Source: Takakia lepidozioides (taxonomy: Eukaryota; Plantae; Bryophyta). Taken from it: a stretch of 64,000 nt of DNA. The stretch covers positions 16,492,001 through 16,556,000 of the forward strand of contig CM060734.1 in the NCBI GenBank assembly GCA_030704615.1, read 5' to 3'. The position numbers were made by a program, and so were the translations under genes. How positions within the stretch are numbered: position 1 is the stretch's first letter; each line of letters opens with the position of its first letter. The notes under the pieces were generated by a model that saw only the letters and a program-made list of their open reading frames with translations, ran no database searches and was not told the DNA's origin. This document shows positions 63,051 through 64,000 of this stretch, piece by piece.

Positions 63051-64000
63051 TGTTGCATATCGCCGCCCTTTGCCTTGAGGGCAAGGGGGTCGGGACACAT
63101 GAGGGGTTGCCCCTGTGGTGGGGGCAGCGGCAGCGATAGGTATGGGGGGCTGAAGCACCCTTGAGTGCCCAAGGCACCCAAGGAGGCGGAGGCGCTCACT
63201 AGGTGGGGTGGCTCCACAAGGGGTGGTGGTAGCTTAGCGGGACTTAGTGGGGGTGGCATAGGACTCACCATGGGGGCGGAGACCTCGTGGTGGGAGTCGT
63301 GGGGAGTCTTGGGACTCATCACGGTCCATAGGGGCCGTGGTGAGTGGGCCAAGACTCACCGCGACTCATCACCGGGAGTCGAGGGTTTTCGTGGTGGTTC
63401 GCCATAAAATGGCATGGCTGGTTGTGAAACCCCCGCGGACAGCTACAGAAGTATATATAAGGGGAGTAGTGACCCCGAGAACGGTGCAAGCCCGTTGGTG
63501 ACCAAAAACTAGTGAGTAAGCGAGCGAGCCGGAAAGCGACCAAAGAGTGGGGAGCTGTTCCGGACTGCCATCTACCAAAGGGAATTCTCCTAGTCCCAAA
63601 TAGGTGGAGGGTTTAGTGGGAAGCAAGGGGGACCGTTATGTCCCGGTGAGCAGCCGAAGCTCCAAGTTGGCCCGGCGGCCAGGTTGGGAGTCAGGCGCGC
63701 GCATCAAAGCGAGTAACTATGACTTGAAGGGGAGCTTACCGAAGTGAGGTGCGCGACACTTGGTATCAGAGCTTAGAGTTCAGTACGCGATCGTCCTTGG
63801 GATTGGCCTCATCATGGGGTCGGGCAAGCCGAAGCGAAAGCGGAACGGCCCAAAAGATGATGATCCCGGTGAGCCCGATGGGGGCGGCGTGTCACCGAGG
63901 CGGCCGTTTGAGGAAGCGATGCATGTTTCCGAAAACGAGGCCGCCAAGAGCGGGAGGAATCCGAGGAGTCGGAGCCCGAGGAATCCTTGAGAGCTCCGAC
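63051..64000 (+). mobile_element. Third LTR retrotransposon: 5' LTR 63051-63758, tRNA-iMet PBS and probable gag start
   Basis: TGTTG...GACA interrupts Gypsy A pol. TATATAA at ~63454. TGGTATCAGAGC at 63761-63772. Confidence 0.85.

Noticed and set aside
1-64000. tRNA/rRNA genes or prokaryotic operons
   Set aside because: None recognised. tRNA-complementary sequence is limited to the PBS sites.

Overview
This is eukaryotic, transposon-saturated DNA. GT-AG introns and plant-type LTR elements suggest an early-diverging land plant or streptophyte (inference). I recognise no host gene. The centrepiece is a complete 14.7-kb DNA transposon (21971-36656) with 22-bp imperfect TIRs, CATGAGC subterminal repeats and a 6-bp TSD (ACTCTT). 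It encodes (i) a GCM-type Zn-domain / MULE-like DDE / SWIM transposase and (ii) a divergently transcribed 10-exon gene of about 1390 aa that fuses a ParB/Srx-like domain to a beta-class N4C/N6A DNA methyltransferase fold. Between the two genes is an array of more than 30 copies of the 22-bp palindrome GGAAATGCGGYRCCGCATTTCC at a near-constant 53-bp period (5 helical turns). Two more partial family members lie at 1-~3850 and 50257-52386; the first keeps the palindrome and period but has unrelated spacers. The transposon sits inside a Ty3/Gypsy element that carries a C5 cytosine methyltransferase between protease and RT and a PHD finger on integrase. That Gypsy sits inside a LINE with both APE and restriction-like endonucleases plus RNase H (Dualen/RandI-like). 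Also present are a second Gypsy family with extra 5' and 3' ORFs, a third LTR family, a MITE with a 4-bp TSD and a CACTA fragment, all deeply nested. All calls are by eye; no database searches were run.
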